Made by a program: the position numbers and the translations under genes. From assembly GCA_041309505.1 (NCBI GenBank), contig JBFYZM010000195.1:1-44587 (forward strand): a stretch of 44,587 bases of DNA, read 5' to 3'. The notes beneath the pieces were generated by a model. That model was not told the origin of the DNA. It made no database searches and saw only the letters and a list, made by a program, of their open reading frames with translations. The stretch's first letter is position 1, and the number at the start of each line of letters is the position of its first letter. Origin of the DNA: Candidatus Krumholzibacteriota bacterium. GTDB lineage: Bacteria > Krumholzibacteriota > Krumholzibacteriia > Krumholzibacteriales > Krumholzibacteriaceae. Shown here one piece after another: positions 1-8,838 of the stretch.

Positions 1-1
1 A

Positions 2-838
2 CCCGTTCTGCGAATCACGCACGATGCCCTGACGCGCCTATTGGAGAGCGCGGGCATCGACGTCGCGACCGTCGAACGGGACCTCGAAACCGCATCGTCG
101 TCACGCGCGTTCGTCGTTCCCGCGGTCGAGGTCTCGATGAATATCGAGCTCGATCGCACCTACGCAGACGCAAGCAATATTCTGGGCCTGCTCGAAGGGC
201 GCGATACGACCCGGACGATCGTGATCGGGGCTCATTATGACGGCCCGACCTATAACGACAACGCGTCGGGCGTATCAGAAATGCTCGAGATCGCCCGTCT
301 CTGCGGCGAACGCGGTGCCTTCGACTGCAGCCTCCTCTTCGCCGCCTTCGGTCTCGAGGAGATGGGGCTCGTCGGCTCCAAGCGTTTCCTGAACGACATC
401 CCCCCGCGTGTCGGCGCAATCAAGGCGATGGTGAATTTCGACGTGATCGGAAGGATTCGCGGCGATACGCTCATCGTCGGCAATGTGCAGCCGGAAGGCG
501 AATGGGAAGAGATCGCATCGACTCTCGACAGCCGGGGACTCGTCGTCGAATCAGAACAACGGATCGGCGGCAGCGATTCGGACAGCTTCATAATGGCGGA
601 TATTCCGATATTTTGGCTTTTTGAAGGCTATCACGGGGACGTCCACGCGAGAGATTCGCTCTCTTCAATAAATTGGGACGGAATGGAACGTGCGCTTTAT
701 TACGCATTCGATCTCATCCGCAGAATCAGCGACGACGAGTCGAAGCTCGGCAGTCCCGTGCACGAAATGCCGCACGATCCAACACATGGAACCGGCGCCC
801 CCCGACCTGGGGCACGCATAGATTCGCTCGATCAATAA
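2..838 (+). CDS. M28-family zinc aminopeptidase, 5' end cut by window edge
   Basis: The frame is open from nt 2; the track start at 41 is an internal TTG. Blocks GAHYDG, NDNASGVSEMLE, FGLEEMGLVGS and GGSDSDSF resemble the M28 metal-ligand and catalytic blocks. Confidence 0.8.
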   Translation, partial: PVLRITHDALTRLLESAGIDVATVERDLETASSSRAFVVPAVEVSMNIELDRTYADASNILGLLEGRDTTRTIVIGAHYDGPTYNDNASGVSEMLEIARLCGERGAFDCSLLFAAFGLEEMGLVGSKRFLNDIPPRVGAIKAMVNFDVIGRIRGDTLIVGNVQPEGEWEEIASTLDSRGLVVESEQRIGGSDSDSFIMADIPIFWLFEGYHGDVHARDSLSSINWDGMERALYYAFDLIRRISDDESKLGSPVHEMPHDPTHGTGAPRPGARIDSLDQ

Positions 839-885
839 CCGATTCGATACCGAGAAATCATTCCATGCGACAATCGAATCATTTC

Positions 886-909
886 CCGAGGCAAGTCGAC
901 CTGCCTCGG
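886..909 (+). terminator. Possible terminator hairpin after the M28 gene
   Basis: CCGAGGCA-agtcgacc-TGCCTCGG is a perfect 8-bp stem 48 nt after the stop. It is followed only by a weak T tract (TTGTC). Confidence 0.3.
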
Positions 910-1351
910 TTGTCAAATATCGATTACGTAGTCGTCAAAACTGGACGATCCGCACCATTCGCTTTCCCTCCCGCACCCAAACCGGGATCGCCCTTCGCGC
1001 CGATCAAATTGCAGATTTTTCTCTTGCAAAAGCGGATCGTCGCCGTGCTATCATCCATGTACTCACTCGCTCATGACAGGCTCGGATTCACTGATTCTCG
1101 CCGCGTGCAGCTCTCGATCGAGCGGACTCATTCGAATCCTCTCGAGGGACGGACGTTTCCCCGATATTCGACCCGGACTATGATATTTCCGGTCTCGCAT
1201 CACTCTCGATGAAAGGAGGTTCCTTCCGACAGTCCCGAGTTACCGTTGACCGCCCGAACGGTCCGAGACCCCACCTGTCGAATGTCCGGATATACGTATT
1301 CAGCTCGGGCAGCACTATCCGGGCAGGCGACGCAAACCGTAAGGAGTGGCA

Positions 1352-4198
1352 ATGAAGAGCAAGTCGTTCATAGCGTCCATCTGCCTGTTGTTCGCTCTGC
1401 TTCCCCTTCTGAGCGCAGCGGCGATGCCGACGGACGAGTTCGGATTCGCACCCGTGCAGAAAGGTTTCGTCACGGCGGGCGAGAACGTTCAGCAGTATGC
1501 CCCCGCCAGAATCCTCGTCAAATTCAAGGAAGCGAGCCTTCAGAGCTCCCGATTGACGGTCGGCCTTAAGAAAGGGACGGAGGTGCCCAGCGCGACAACC
1601 GGTATCGCCACGGTGGACGCTCTCGGCATCGAGCTCGGCGTCGCGCGGATTTCGCGCCCGTACGTCGAGCTGAGAAACAAGGCAGAGGCCGCCCGGCTCG
1701 GCGTCGAGCGCTGGTACATGCTGGAGTTGAAGGACGGATCGGACGTCATGGAAGCGGTCTCGCGCTACGCGGCCGATCCGAGCGTGGAATCGGCGCAGCC
1801 CGATTATCTCGCCTTCCCCGCGGTCATCCCCACCGATCCCATGTACGACGATTCCTGGGGGCACAACAACACCGCCCAGCTCCCGGGCCTCGACTGGGGC
1901 GGGACTTACGACCACACGCTCTCGACGACGGTCGGCACGCCCGGCTTCGACGCCAACGCCGAAGCCGCATGGAACGGAGCCCAGGGCTTCGGAAGCGCGT
2001 CCGTGATCATCGCCATCATAGACTCGGGCGCCGATATCGACCATCCGGACCTGACCCTCGTCACCGGCTATGACTTCGGCGACAACGACGCCAATCCCGA
2101 CGACAACTCCTCGGGCGGCGGCCACGGCACCTGCTGCTCGGGCGTCGCGGCGGCCAAGGCCAACAACGGCCTCGGCGCCTGCGGCATTGCTCCCGGCTGC
2201 AAGGTGATGCCCCTCAAAGTCGCGAACAGCGCGGGCAGCATGTACTTCTCGGCGATCCAGAACGCGCTGTACTACGCCGCGGACAACGGCGCCCACATCA
2301 TCAGCATGAGCCTCGGCGCGGCGATCTCGAGCGACCCCGCGACCGACACGGCGATTCTCTACGCGTACAACGCCGGCTGCGTCATCCTCGCCGCGACCGG
2401 AAACGAGAACAAAACCACCATCAGCTATCCGGCGATCAACGCGAACGTTATCGGCGTCGGCGCCGCTTCCCCATGCGGCGACCGCAAGCGGAGCAGCAGC
2501 CTGAGCTCCGAGTGCAATCCCGGCGTCTCCACCGATCCGCGCGGCTACACCTGCGACGGCGAGCGCTGGTGGGGCTCCAACTACGGCACGACGACCGCGA
2601 ACGGCGCGGGCGCCGTGGACATCATCGCCCCGACGATCCTCCCGACGACGGATATCGCCGGCAGCGGCGGGTACCGCTCGGGCGATTACGAGCCCTTCTT
2701 CAACGGCACGTCGTGCGCGACCCCATACGCCGCGGGCGTCTGCGCCCTGATCAAATCGGCCAATCCGACCTGGACGAACGCCCAGATCCGCACGCAGCTC
2801 GTGAACACGGCGATCGACATCGTGAACGCCGAAGCGGGCGCAGGCTGGGATCGCTACAGCGGATACGGCATGGTCGACGCCGCGGCCGCCGTGGGCGGAG
2901 GCGGTCCGGTCGCTCCCGTCGCGGCTTTCACCGGCTCGCCGACGAGCGGCACGGTGCCGCTCACGGTGAACTTCACCGATCAATCCTCGGGCGCTCCGAC
3001 GAGCTGGAGCTGGGTCTTCGGCGACGGCGGCACGTCGACCGCGCAGAATCCGAGCCATGCATACACCGTGACGGGCACCTACACGGTGACGCTCACGGCG
3101 ACGAACGCGGCCGGCTCCGACGGAGAGACGAAGACGAATTACATCACCGTGAACGCATGCGCCGCGCCGGTGGCGGCCTTCGTCGGCTCGCCCACGTCCG
3201 GCAGCATGCCGCTCACCGTGAACTTCACCGATCAGTCGACGAACTCCCCCACTTCGTGGAGCTGGACCTTCGGCGACGGCGGCACGTCGACCGCGAAGAA
3301 CCCGTCGCATATCTACTCGGCGGCCGGGACGTACTCCGTGACGCTGACAGCCGCGAACGGCTGCGGCTCGGACCCCGAGACGAAAACCAACTACATCACG
3401 GTCTCGTCGGCCCCCACCTGGACCACGATCACTTCCGACAACTTCGAATCCGGCATGGGCAGCTACACCGACGGCGGCGTCGACATGTCGCGGTACTATA
3501 GCTCCACCTACGCCCACGCGGGATACTACTCCGCCGACATCCAGGACAACGGCGGCACCGCTTCGTCCTTCTACACGACGACCGGCAGGAACGTGTCGAG
3601 CTACAACACCCTCCAGATCGACTTCTGGTTCTACGCCGTGAGCATGGAATCGGGAGAGGATTTCTGGGTGCAGTACTACGACGGCTCCGCCTGGCGGACC
3701 GTGGCGACGTACGCGAGGGGCACGCACTTCAGCAACGGCGCCGACTACCACATGGTGGTGACGATTCCGAGGAGCTCGTACGCCTTCCCGACGAACGCCA
3801 AGATCCGGTTCATGTGCGACGCGAGCGGCAACGACGACGACGTCTTCATCGACGATATCGTATTCCGCGGCACGACGAGCGTCGTCGGATCGATTGCCGA
3901 GATCGAAGGTGCGGCGAAGGATCCGGTGACGCCGAGCCTGTTCTCGCTGTCGCAGAACTATCCCAACCCGTTCAATCCGAGCACGACGATCACCTTCAAC
4001 CTGGCCGAGCCTTCTTACGTCAGGCTCGAGGTCTTCAGCGCGGCGGGCGCGCGGATCGCGACCCTCGTGGATCGCCAGCTGGAATCCGGGGAGCATTCGG
4101 TGCCGTTCGTCGCGCGCGGATTGAGCTCGGGAATCTACTTCTACCGGTTGACCGCCGGCGACCGGATCGAGACGAAGAAGATGGTTCTTCTCAGGTAG
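1352..4198 (+). CDS. Secreted subtilisin-like serine protease (S8) with two PKD domains, a jelly-roll-like domain and a T9SS-type C-terminal sorting domain
   Basis: ATG at 1352 lies 5 nt after AAGGAG; the track's GTG at 1346 is less likely. There is a signal peptide (SFIASICLLFALLPLLSAAA). The catalytic triad blocks are IAIIDSGADIDHPDL (Asp), GGGHGTCCSGVAAA (His) and FNGTSCATPYAAGVCALI (Ser). Two PKD repeats are present (PLTVNFTDQS...WSWxFGDGGTSTAxNPSHxY). The tail is LSQNYPNPFNPSTTITF...GIYFYRL...KKMVLLR. Confidence 0.9.
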   Translation: MKSKSFIASICLLFALLPLLSAAAMPTDEFGFAPVQKGFVTAGENVQQYAPARILVKFKEASLQSSRLTVGLKKGTEVPSATTGIATVDALGIELGVARISRPYVELRNKAEAARLGVERWYMLELKDGSDVMEAVSRYAADPSVESAQPDYLAFPAVIPTDPMYDDSWGHNNTAQLPGLDWGGTYDHTLSTTVGTPGFDANAEAAWNGAQGFGSASVIIAIIDSGADIDHPDLTLVTGYDFGDNDANPDDNSSGGGHGTCCSGVAAAKANNGLGACGIAPGCKVMPLKVANSAGSMYFSAIQNALYYAADNGAHIISMSLGAAISSDPATDTAILYAYNAGCVILAATGNENKTTISYPAINANVIGVGAASPCGDRKRSSSLSSECNPGVSTDPRGYTCDGERWWGSNYGTTTANGAGAVDIIAPTILPTTDIAGSGGYRSGDYEPFFNGTSCATPYAAGVCALIKSANPTWTNAQIRTQLVNTAIDIVNAEAGAGWDRYSGYGMVDAAAAVGGGGPVAPVAAFTGSPTSGTVPLTVNFTDQSSGAPTSWSWVFGDGGTSTAQNPSHAYTVTGTYTVTLTATNAAGSDGETKTNYITVNACAAPVAAFVGSPTSGSMPLTVNFTDQSTNSPTSWSWTFGDGGTSTAKNPSHIYSAAGTYSVTLTAANGCGSDPETKTNYITVSSAPTWTTITSDNFESGMGSYTDGGVDMSRYYSSTYAHAGYYSADIQDNGGTASSFYTTTGRNVSSYNTLQIDFWFYAVSMESGEDFWVQYYDGSAWRTVATYARGTHFSNGADYHMVVTIPRSSYAFPTNAKIRFMCDASGNDDDVFIDDIVFRGTTSVVGSIAEIEGAAKDPVTPSLFSLSQNYPNPFNPSTTITFNLAEPSYVRLEVFSAAGARIATLVDRQLESGEHSVPFVARGLSSGIYFYRLTAGDRIETKKMVLLR

Positions 4199-4223
4199 GA
4201 AGCGGCTCTCTGAGCGAGCGAAT

Positions 4224-5054
4224 TTGACCCGCGACCCGGCCGTCGAGTCGATCGAAGACCCGGCGGCCGGGTACGTATTCTTCCCAAGAGGGTTCGATCA
4301 CATGGCGCATTATCAGCAGCTCCGATTCGTGGAAATCGCGTCGTCGCACCTGGCCCGCGGCTGGACCGGGCTCTCGGTGCTGGAAATCGGTTCGCACAAC
4401 GTGAACGGGTCGGTCAGGCCGTACTTCCTCGGCAGCGAGTACGTCGGCGTCGACCTGAGCGAAGGCAAAGACGTCGACGTGGTGGGTTCGGGGCACGAGG
4501 TCGCCTTCCCTGACGGGAGCTTCGATCTGACGATTTGCTGCGAGTGCTTCGAGCACAATCCGCGGTGGCTCGAAACGTTCGCCAACATGTATCGAATGAC
4601 GAAAGCCGGGGGCGTCGTCATCGTCACGTGCGCATCGAGGGGCCGTCGGGAACACGGCACGGCCCGGAGCTCTCCCGAGGAGTCGCCGGGCACCACGTCT
4701 CTCGGCTGGAACTATTACAGGAATCTGAACAGGCCCGATTTCGAGCGGCGGCTGGACCTGAGAGAAAAGTTCCAGGCTCATGCGTTCTTCAGCAACAGAG
4801 TGTCGAAAGACCTGTATTTCATAGGAACGAAGAAGGGGGATGGCTCATCGCGCCTGACTCTCGACGTCGGCTCCCTGAGAGCCGGGCTCTACGCCGCCAA
4901 CAGCCTCGTCGTCGCGGACGAACCCTTCCGGTTCAAACGGCTGCCGAAAGCGCTCTGGGAGCTGCCGTTGAAGATAGCCGAGCGTCTCCCCGACGGTTTA
5001 TACCAGGATTTCGCCATCTTCTGGACGAGAATGAAGAGGACGCTCCGGAAATAG
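4224..5054 (+). CDS. Class I SAM-dependent methyltransferase
   Basis: VLEIGSHN (motif I-like), YVGVDLSEG and FDLTICCECFEHNPRW...MTKAGGVVIV fit the Methyltransf_11/25 pattern. The start is uncertain: TTG at 4224 or in-frame ATG at 4302. Confidence 0.75.
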   Translation: MTRDPAVESIEDPAAGYVFFPRGFDHMAHYQQLRFVEIASSHLARGWTGLSVLEIGSHNVNGSVRPYFLGSEYVGVDLSEGKDVDVVGSGHEVAFPDGSFDLTICCECFEHNPRWLETFANMYRMTKAGGVVIVTCASRGRREHGTARSSPEESPGTTSLGWNYYRNLNRPDFERRLDLREKFQAHAFFSNRVSKDLYFIGTKKGDGSSRLTLDVGSLRAGLYAANSLVVADEPFRFKRLPKALWELPLKIAERLPDGLYQDFAIFWTRMKRTLRK

Positions 5055-5112
5055 CCGCCGGCCGCCGGCAAACGGGGCGGCAGGGGCAGACGATCGCCGC
5101 ATCATTTTGTGC

Positions 5113-5141
5113 TTGCATTTATCCCGAATAGCCCCATAATT
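5113..5141 (+). promoter_or_regulatory. Candidate sigma70-type promoter for the RRM gene
   Basis: TTGCAT (5113-5118), a 16-17 nt spacer, then CATAAT/ATAATT (5135-5141). This would give a 5' leader of about 150 nt in a locally AT-richer stretch. Confidence 0.3.
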
Positions 5142-5291
5142 ATGCATGTCGGACAGAGTTGGAGTTAATGTTGGGAATCCAGTTAAAGACGATAGACGGA
5201 GCCTGCCAGGTTGATCCTCTCTATTCGGGTCTTACGAGATTCCTTTCCAACAAAATCTGCGACGGGAATTTTTGACCGATAGGAGGTCAGC

Positions 5292-5585
5292 ATGAAGCTT
5301 TATGTGGGCAACATGTCTTTCGATTCGAGCGAGACCGAGCTCCGGAAAGCGTTCGAGGCTTTCGGCGCCGTCGATTCCGTGACGATCATCATGGACAGGG
5401 ACACCGGCCGTCCGAAGGGATTCGGGTTCATCGAAATGTCCAACGACGCCGAAGCCAAGAAGGCGATCGAGGGCATGAACGGCAAGGATTTCATGGGCCG
5501 CACGCTCAACGTCAACGAAGCTCGCCCCCGCACCGACGGCCCGCGCCGCGGCGGCAGCGGCGGCGGCCCCAGGCGCGGCTTCTAG
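5292..5585 (+). CDS. RRM-type RNA-binding protein with Arg/Gly-rich tail
   Basis: RNP-2 is KLYVGNM and RNP-1 is KGFGFIEM. The C-terminal tail is RPRTDGPRRGGSGGGPRRGF. AGGAGG lies upstream of the ATG. Confidence 0.9.
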   Translation: MKLYVGNMSFDSSETELRKAFEAFGAVDSVTIIMDRDTGRPKGFGFIEMSNDAEAKKAIEGMNGKDFMGRTLNVNEARPRTDGPRRGGSGGGPRRGF

Positions 5586-5644
5586 CACCCGCCCGGGAAA
5601 ACCATCGGCACTGAGTGGCAGGCTCCTGTGCTGATAATGAAAAC

Positions 5645-5671
5645 AAGGGAAGCCGATCGTCGGCTTCCCTT
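5645..5671. terminator. Strong hairpin between convergent genes; fits best as terminator of the minus-strand MscS gene
   Basis: AAGGGAAGCCGA-tcg-TCGGCTTCCCTT is a perfect 12-bp stem. On the minus strand it is followed by GTTTTCATTATC. On the plus strand the trailing tract is not T-rich. Confidence 0.6.
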
Positions 5672-5740
5672 GCATTATCCCCGTCCGAATGCGAGGGCCC
5701 CGGTCATCACGCGGCGTTCTCCGCGGCGCGACGCCCGCGG

Positions 5741-6796
5741 CTATTCCCTCTTTTCCTGTTCATAATTGATCGCGCGGATCGGATGCGGAATGACGATCCC
5801 TTCTTTCGCGAATCGGGCTCCGAGCCGCTTGATGAACTCGTGCCTCACGAGGAACTGGTCTGAGAATTCGCGCGCCCGCAGAATCGCCGTGAAATTGACG
5901 CTCGATTCGCCGAACTCGTTGTACCTGACGAGCGGCTCGAACTCCGGAACGGCCCCCTCCACTTCCCGCATCACCTCGCGCGCCACGTCCGCGACGACCG
6001 CCTCGACGCGTTCGAGATCGCTCCGGTAGTGGACGCCGATCTTGACGAGAACGGCGAGATCCCGCGACGGGAGGTGGTAGTTCGTCACGATCGATTTCGC
6101 GAGCTTGTCGTTCGGAACGAGGACGACGTTGTTCGCCAGCAGCCGGATTCGCGTCAACCGCCACCCGACGTCCTCGACGTATCCTTCTTCCCCCGATTCG
6201 AGACGAACGAAGTCTCCGACCCGGATCTGCCGCGCGAGGTTGATGTGGATCCCCGCGAAGAGGTTCGCGAGCGTGTCCTGGAGCGCCAGCGCCACGGCGA
6301 GCCCGCCGACGCCGAGCGTCGCGAGCATCGGCGTGATCGATATGCCGAGAGCGTTCAGAATGACGAGAATGCCGACGATGAAAACGACGACGCGCGCCAC
6401 GTTTTGCGTCAGCGACGTCACGGAGCGGGCCCCGTCATCCCTCGCGCCGTAGGAGCCGATGAGCCGGCCGACGAGGTTGGCGAGAGCGAGCGTGACGGAG
6501 AAGACAACAAGCACGAGAAGGGTCTTGTCGATCGCGCCGACGACGCTCTCGGGAACGGTCGAGATTTCGAGCGCCGCGTAGATACCGAGCATGACGAACC
6601 AGATCATCATCGGCGCGCGGATGGACGAGATAATGATGTCGTCGAGCCGCGACGCCGTCCGCTTCGACCAGGCGGTAAGCCTGCGAATGACGACGCCCCG
6701 GACGATGAATCCGCAGACGACGATCGCGAGGAACACGCCGAGCGGGACCGCGTACTCCATCGCGGATCGCGCTATCGCCGCAGTTCGTTCGTTCAT
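5741..6796 (-). CDS. MscS-family mechanosensitive ion channel
   Basis: N-terminal TM helices are followed by GGLAVALALQDTLANLFAGIHINLARQIRVGDFVRLESGEEGYVEDVGWRLTRIRLLANNVVLVPN, the typical MscS pore-helix/beta-domain signature. AGGAGA RBS is present. Confidence 0.9.
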   Translation of the reverse strand: MNERTAAIARSAMEYAVPLGVFLAIVVCGFIVRGVVIRRLTAWSKRTASRLDDIIISSIRAPMMIWFVMLGIYAALEISTVPESVVGAIDKTLLVLVVFSVTLALANLVGRLIGSYGARDDGARSVTSLTQNVARVVVFIVGILVILNALGISITPMLATLGVGGLAVALALQDTLANLFAGIHINLARQIRVGDFVRLESGEEGYVEDVGWRLTRIRLLANNVVLVPNDKLAKSIVTNYHLPSRDLAVLVKIGVHYRSDLERVEAVVADVAREVMREVEGAVPEFEPLVRYNEFGESSVNFTAILRAREFSDQFLVRHEFIKRLGARFAKEGIVIPHPIRAINYEQEKRE

Positions 6797-6826
6797 GATC
6801 CTCTCCTGTCGCCGCCGCTCACTATT

Positions 6827-7969
6827 CTACTTCCGCCACTTCACGTCCATGCCGCCCGACAGATACCGGTACAGGGCCACGACCGCCGCGGCGTTGAGAA
6901 CGCAGAACTCGTATGGAACGTAGACCGCCCGGAACACGCCCCGGAGCTTCGCATGAAATCTCTCGAGAACGAACCCCGCGCACGCCGCGCCGTAGAATAG
7001 AACCTGCGCGACGAGCGAGAGAAGATACGGGAGCCCGCGCCCGGCGAGGAAGGCGCTCAGAATAAAGAAGAGGACGAGAAAATACGAGAGCGTGAGCCTC
7101 AGGAGCTTGTGAGAGAAGAGCTGCCACGCGATCGAGCTCCGGAAAGGATTGAAGGCCGATCGGAAGAGGGAAAAGATCTGGAAGTTGCCGACGAGGGTGC
7201 GGACCTTGCGATTGAACTCCTTTTCCACGCTCGCGGACGCCGTGTCGAAAGCGCGCGCGGCGGGCTCGAGCACGCTCCTCTTCCCGGCCATGATCGCGTT
7301 CATCGGCGTGTAGACGTCGTCGAGGAGCACGTCGGCCGGCGCGTCGCGGAAGAACTCCCTGCGCAGCGCGTAGATCGCGCCGGTCGCCCCGAGCATCGAT
7401 CCTATGCCGCTTTCCATCTTGCGGAGCCACACTTCATATTTCCAGTAGAGCCCGACCCCGCGCCCGGCGCCGGATCCCCGCTCCTCGATGACCAGCTCGC
7501 CGCTCACACACCCGACCCGCTCGTCCCCGAAGCAGCGAACGAGCTCCCGTATCGCCGCGGGAGCGAAACGCTGGCGCGCGTCCGCGAAGACGAAGATCTT
7601 CCCTCCCGCCTCCCGCGCGAGCCCGTTGAGCATGGCGGGCTTGCCGATCCTCTCGGGCGAAACCCTGAAACGAATCGCGAGCGTTTCCGCGAGCCGCTCG
7701 ACGATCCGGACGGTCCCATCCGTGCACCCATCGCAGCCGATGAGGATCTCCATACGATCGCGCGGATAATCCGCCTCGAGGAGATTCTCGATTCTCCGCT
7801 CGATATGCGGTTCCTCGTTATGGACGGAAACGAGCACCGACACCGTCGGGAGAATGTCCTGTTTCGCCACGGGTTTGCCGGCGACGAGCTTCCAGGCCAT
7901 GAGGAGAACCGGATAGCCGAAGTACGTGTACAGAATGACCCCGAGACTGATAAAGAAAAGAATCGTCAT
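6827..7969 (-). CDS. Membrane-bound family 2 glycosyltransferase (processive-synthase-like)
   Basis: An N-terminal TM helix is followed by VSVLVSVHNEE, CDGCTDGT, FADARQRF and GATGAIYALRREFF, then C-terminal TM helices. This is the Glyco_tranf_2_3-like architecture. Confidence 0.85.
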   Translation of the reverse strand: MTILFFISLGVILYTYFGYPVLLMAWKLVAGKPVAKQDILPTVSVLVSVHNEEPHIERRIENLLEADYPRDRMEILIGCDGCTDGTVRIVERLAETLAIRFRVSPERIGKPAMLNGLAREAGGKIFVFADARQRFAPAAIRELVRCFGDERVGCVSGELVIEERGSGAGRGVGLYWKYEVWLRKMESGIGSMLGATGAIYALRREFFRDAPADVLLDDVYTPMNAIMAGKRSVLEPAARAFDTASASVEKEFNRKVRTLVGNFQIFSLFRSAFNPFRSSIAWQLFSHKLLRLTLSYFLVLFFILSAFLAGRGLPYLLSLVAQVLFYGAACAGFVLERFHAKLRGVFRAVYVPYEFCVLNAAAVVALYRYLSGGMDVKWRK

Positions 7970-7985
7970 ATGGGTTCTCCGCCGG

Positions 7986-8816
7986 TCATCCCCTCTGCGG
8001 CCTTTTCGCCCCGTATCTCAGGCTTCTGATACTATCATAGATCCGATAGCCGAGAAAGGTGCGCAATCCCGCGCGGAGGCGTTCGGCGGCGGCGATCGAT
8101 ATCGCCGGATGCCCCTCGACGATCGAGCGGAAAGAGCGGATATCGTAGTTTTGTCTCATCGTGAAACGCTTGAGCACGAACGGAACCGGTCCGGAAAAAT
8201 CGTTGTACCCCGCGTCTGACACGCACACGGCGGCGAACCCCGCGTTCCGCGCGGCGTTCACGACGCGCTTGTCGTAGAATCCGTGCGGCACCGACAGGGA
8301 ATCGACGCGCTTCCCCGTGCTCTTCTCGAGGATCCGTTTCGACATGACCATCTCGTCGGAGAGGGTTCGATCGTCGCGCGCCGGAAGAAACGTGTGGATG
8401 AGACCGTGCGAGCCGACCTCCATGCCGCTCGCGACGAGGTCGCGGACCATGCCCCAGTCCATCTGGCGATCCGCGCCGACGTCCTTCACCGTGATGAAAA
8501 ACGTCGCCGTGAAGCCGATCTTCCGCAGGAGGGGCAGAACGAATTCGTGATGGCTGATGTCGTCGTCATCGAAGGTCAGCACGGCCTTTCTCCGGGAAGC
8601 GGCGAGCTCGCCATCCGTTTTCTTCGGTGCCGCGAGATCCGCCGCGAGCCTTTCGAGGGAGATTCCTTCGAATCCGTTAGCCGAGAGGTAGTTCATCTGC
8701 TCCGCAAAGTCCTCGCGCGCCACGGCGAAATTGTTCAACGGAACTTCGTTCGGGGCGAAGAAGTCGTGATAGAGGAGCAAGGGTATTTTGTTTACATCCG
8801 CCATAACAGGGCGCAC
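7986..8816 (-). CDS. Polysaccharide deacetylase (CE4/NodB family)
   Basis: LTFDDDDISHHEFVLPLL, TFFI and MEVGSHGLIH are NodB-like motifs. The start is GTG at 8816 or ATG at 8804. Confidence 0.85.
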   Translation of the reverse strand: MRPVMADVNKIPLLLYHDFFAPNEVPLNNFAVAREDFAEQMNYLSANGFEGISLERLAADLAAPKKTDGELAASRRKAVLTFDDDDISHHEFVLPLLRKIGFTATFFITVKDVGADRQMDWGMVRDLVASGMEVGSHGLIHTFLPARDDRTLSDEMVMSKRILEKSTGKRVDSLSVPHGFYDKRVVNAARNAGFAAVCVSDAGYNDFSGPVPFVLKRFTMRQNYDIRSFRSIVEGHPAISIAAAERLRAGLRTFLGYRIYDSIRSLRYGAKRPQRG

Positions 8817-8838
8817 GGTTCGCCGGGTGACCGTCGGA

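Noticed and set aside
15-916. Minus-strand ORFs 15..419, 250..591 and 665..916
   Set aside because: They are antisense to, or overlap, the M28 peptidase gene. They have Arg/Ser/Pro-rich compositions without motifs.
1178-4096. 972-aa ORF on the minus strand, the longest ORF in this part of the track
   Set aside because: It is entirely antisense to the strongly supported S8 protease gene. Its composition is monotonous Arg/Gly/Ala/Val/Asp with no recognisable motif. This is a typical high-GC antisense open frame.
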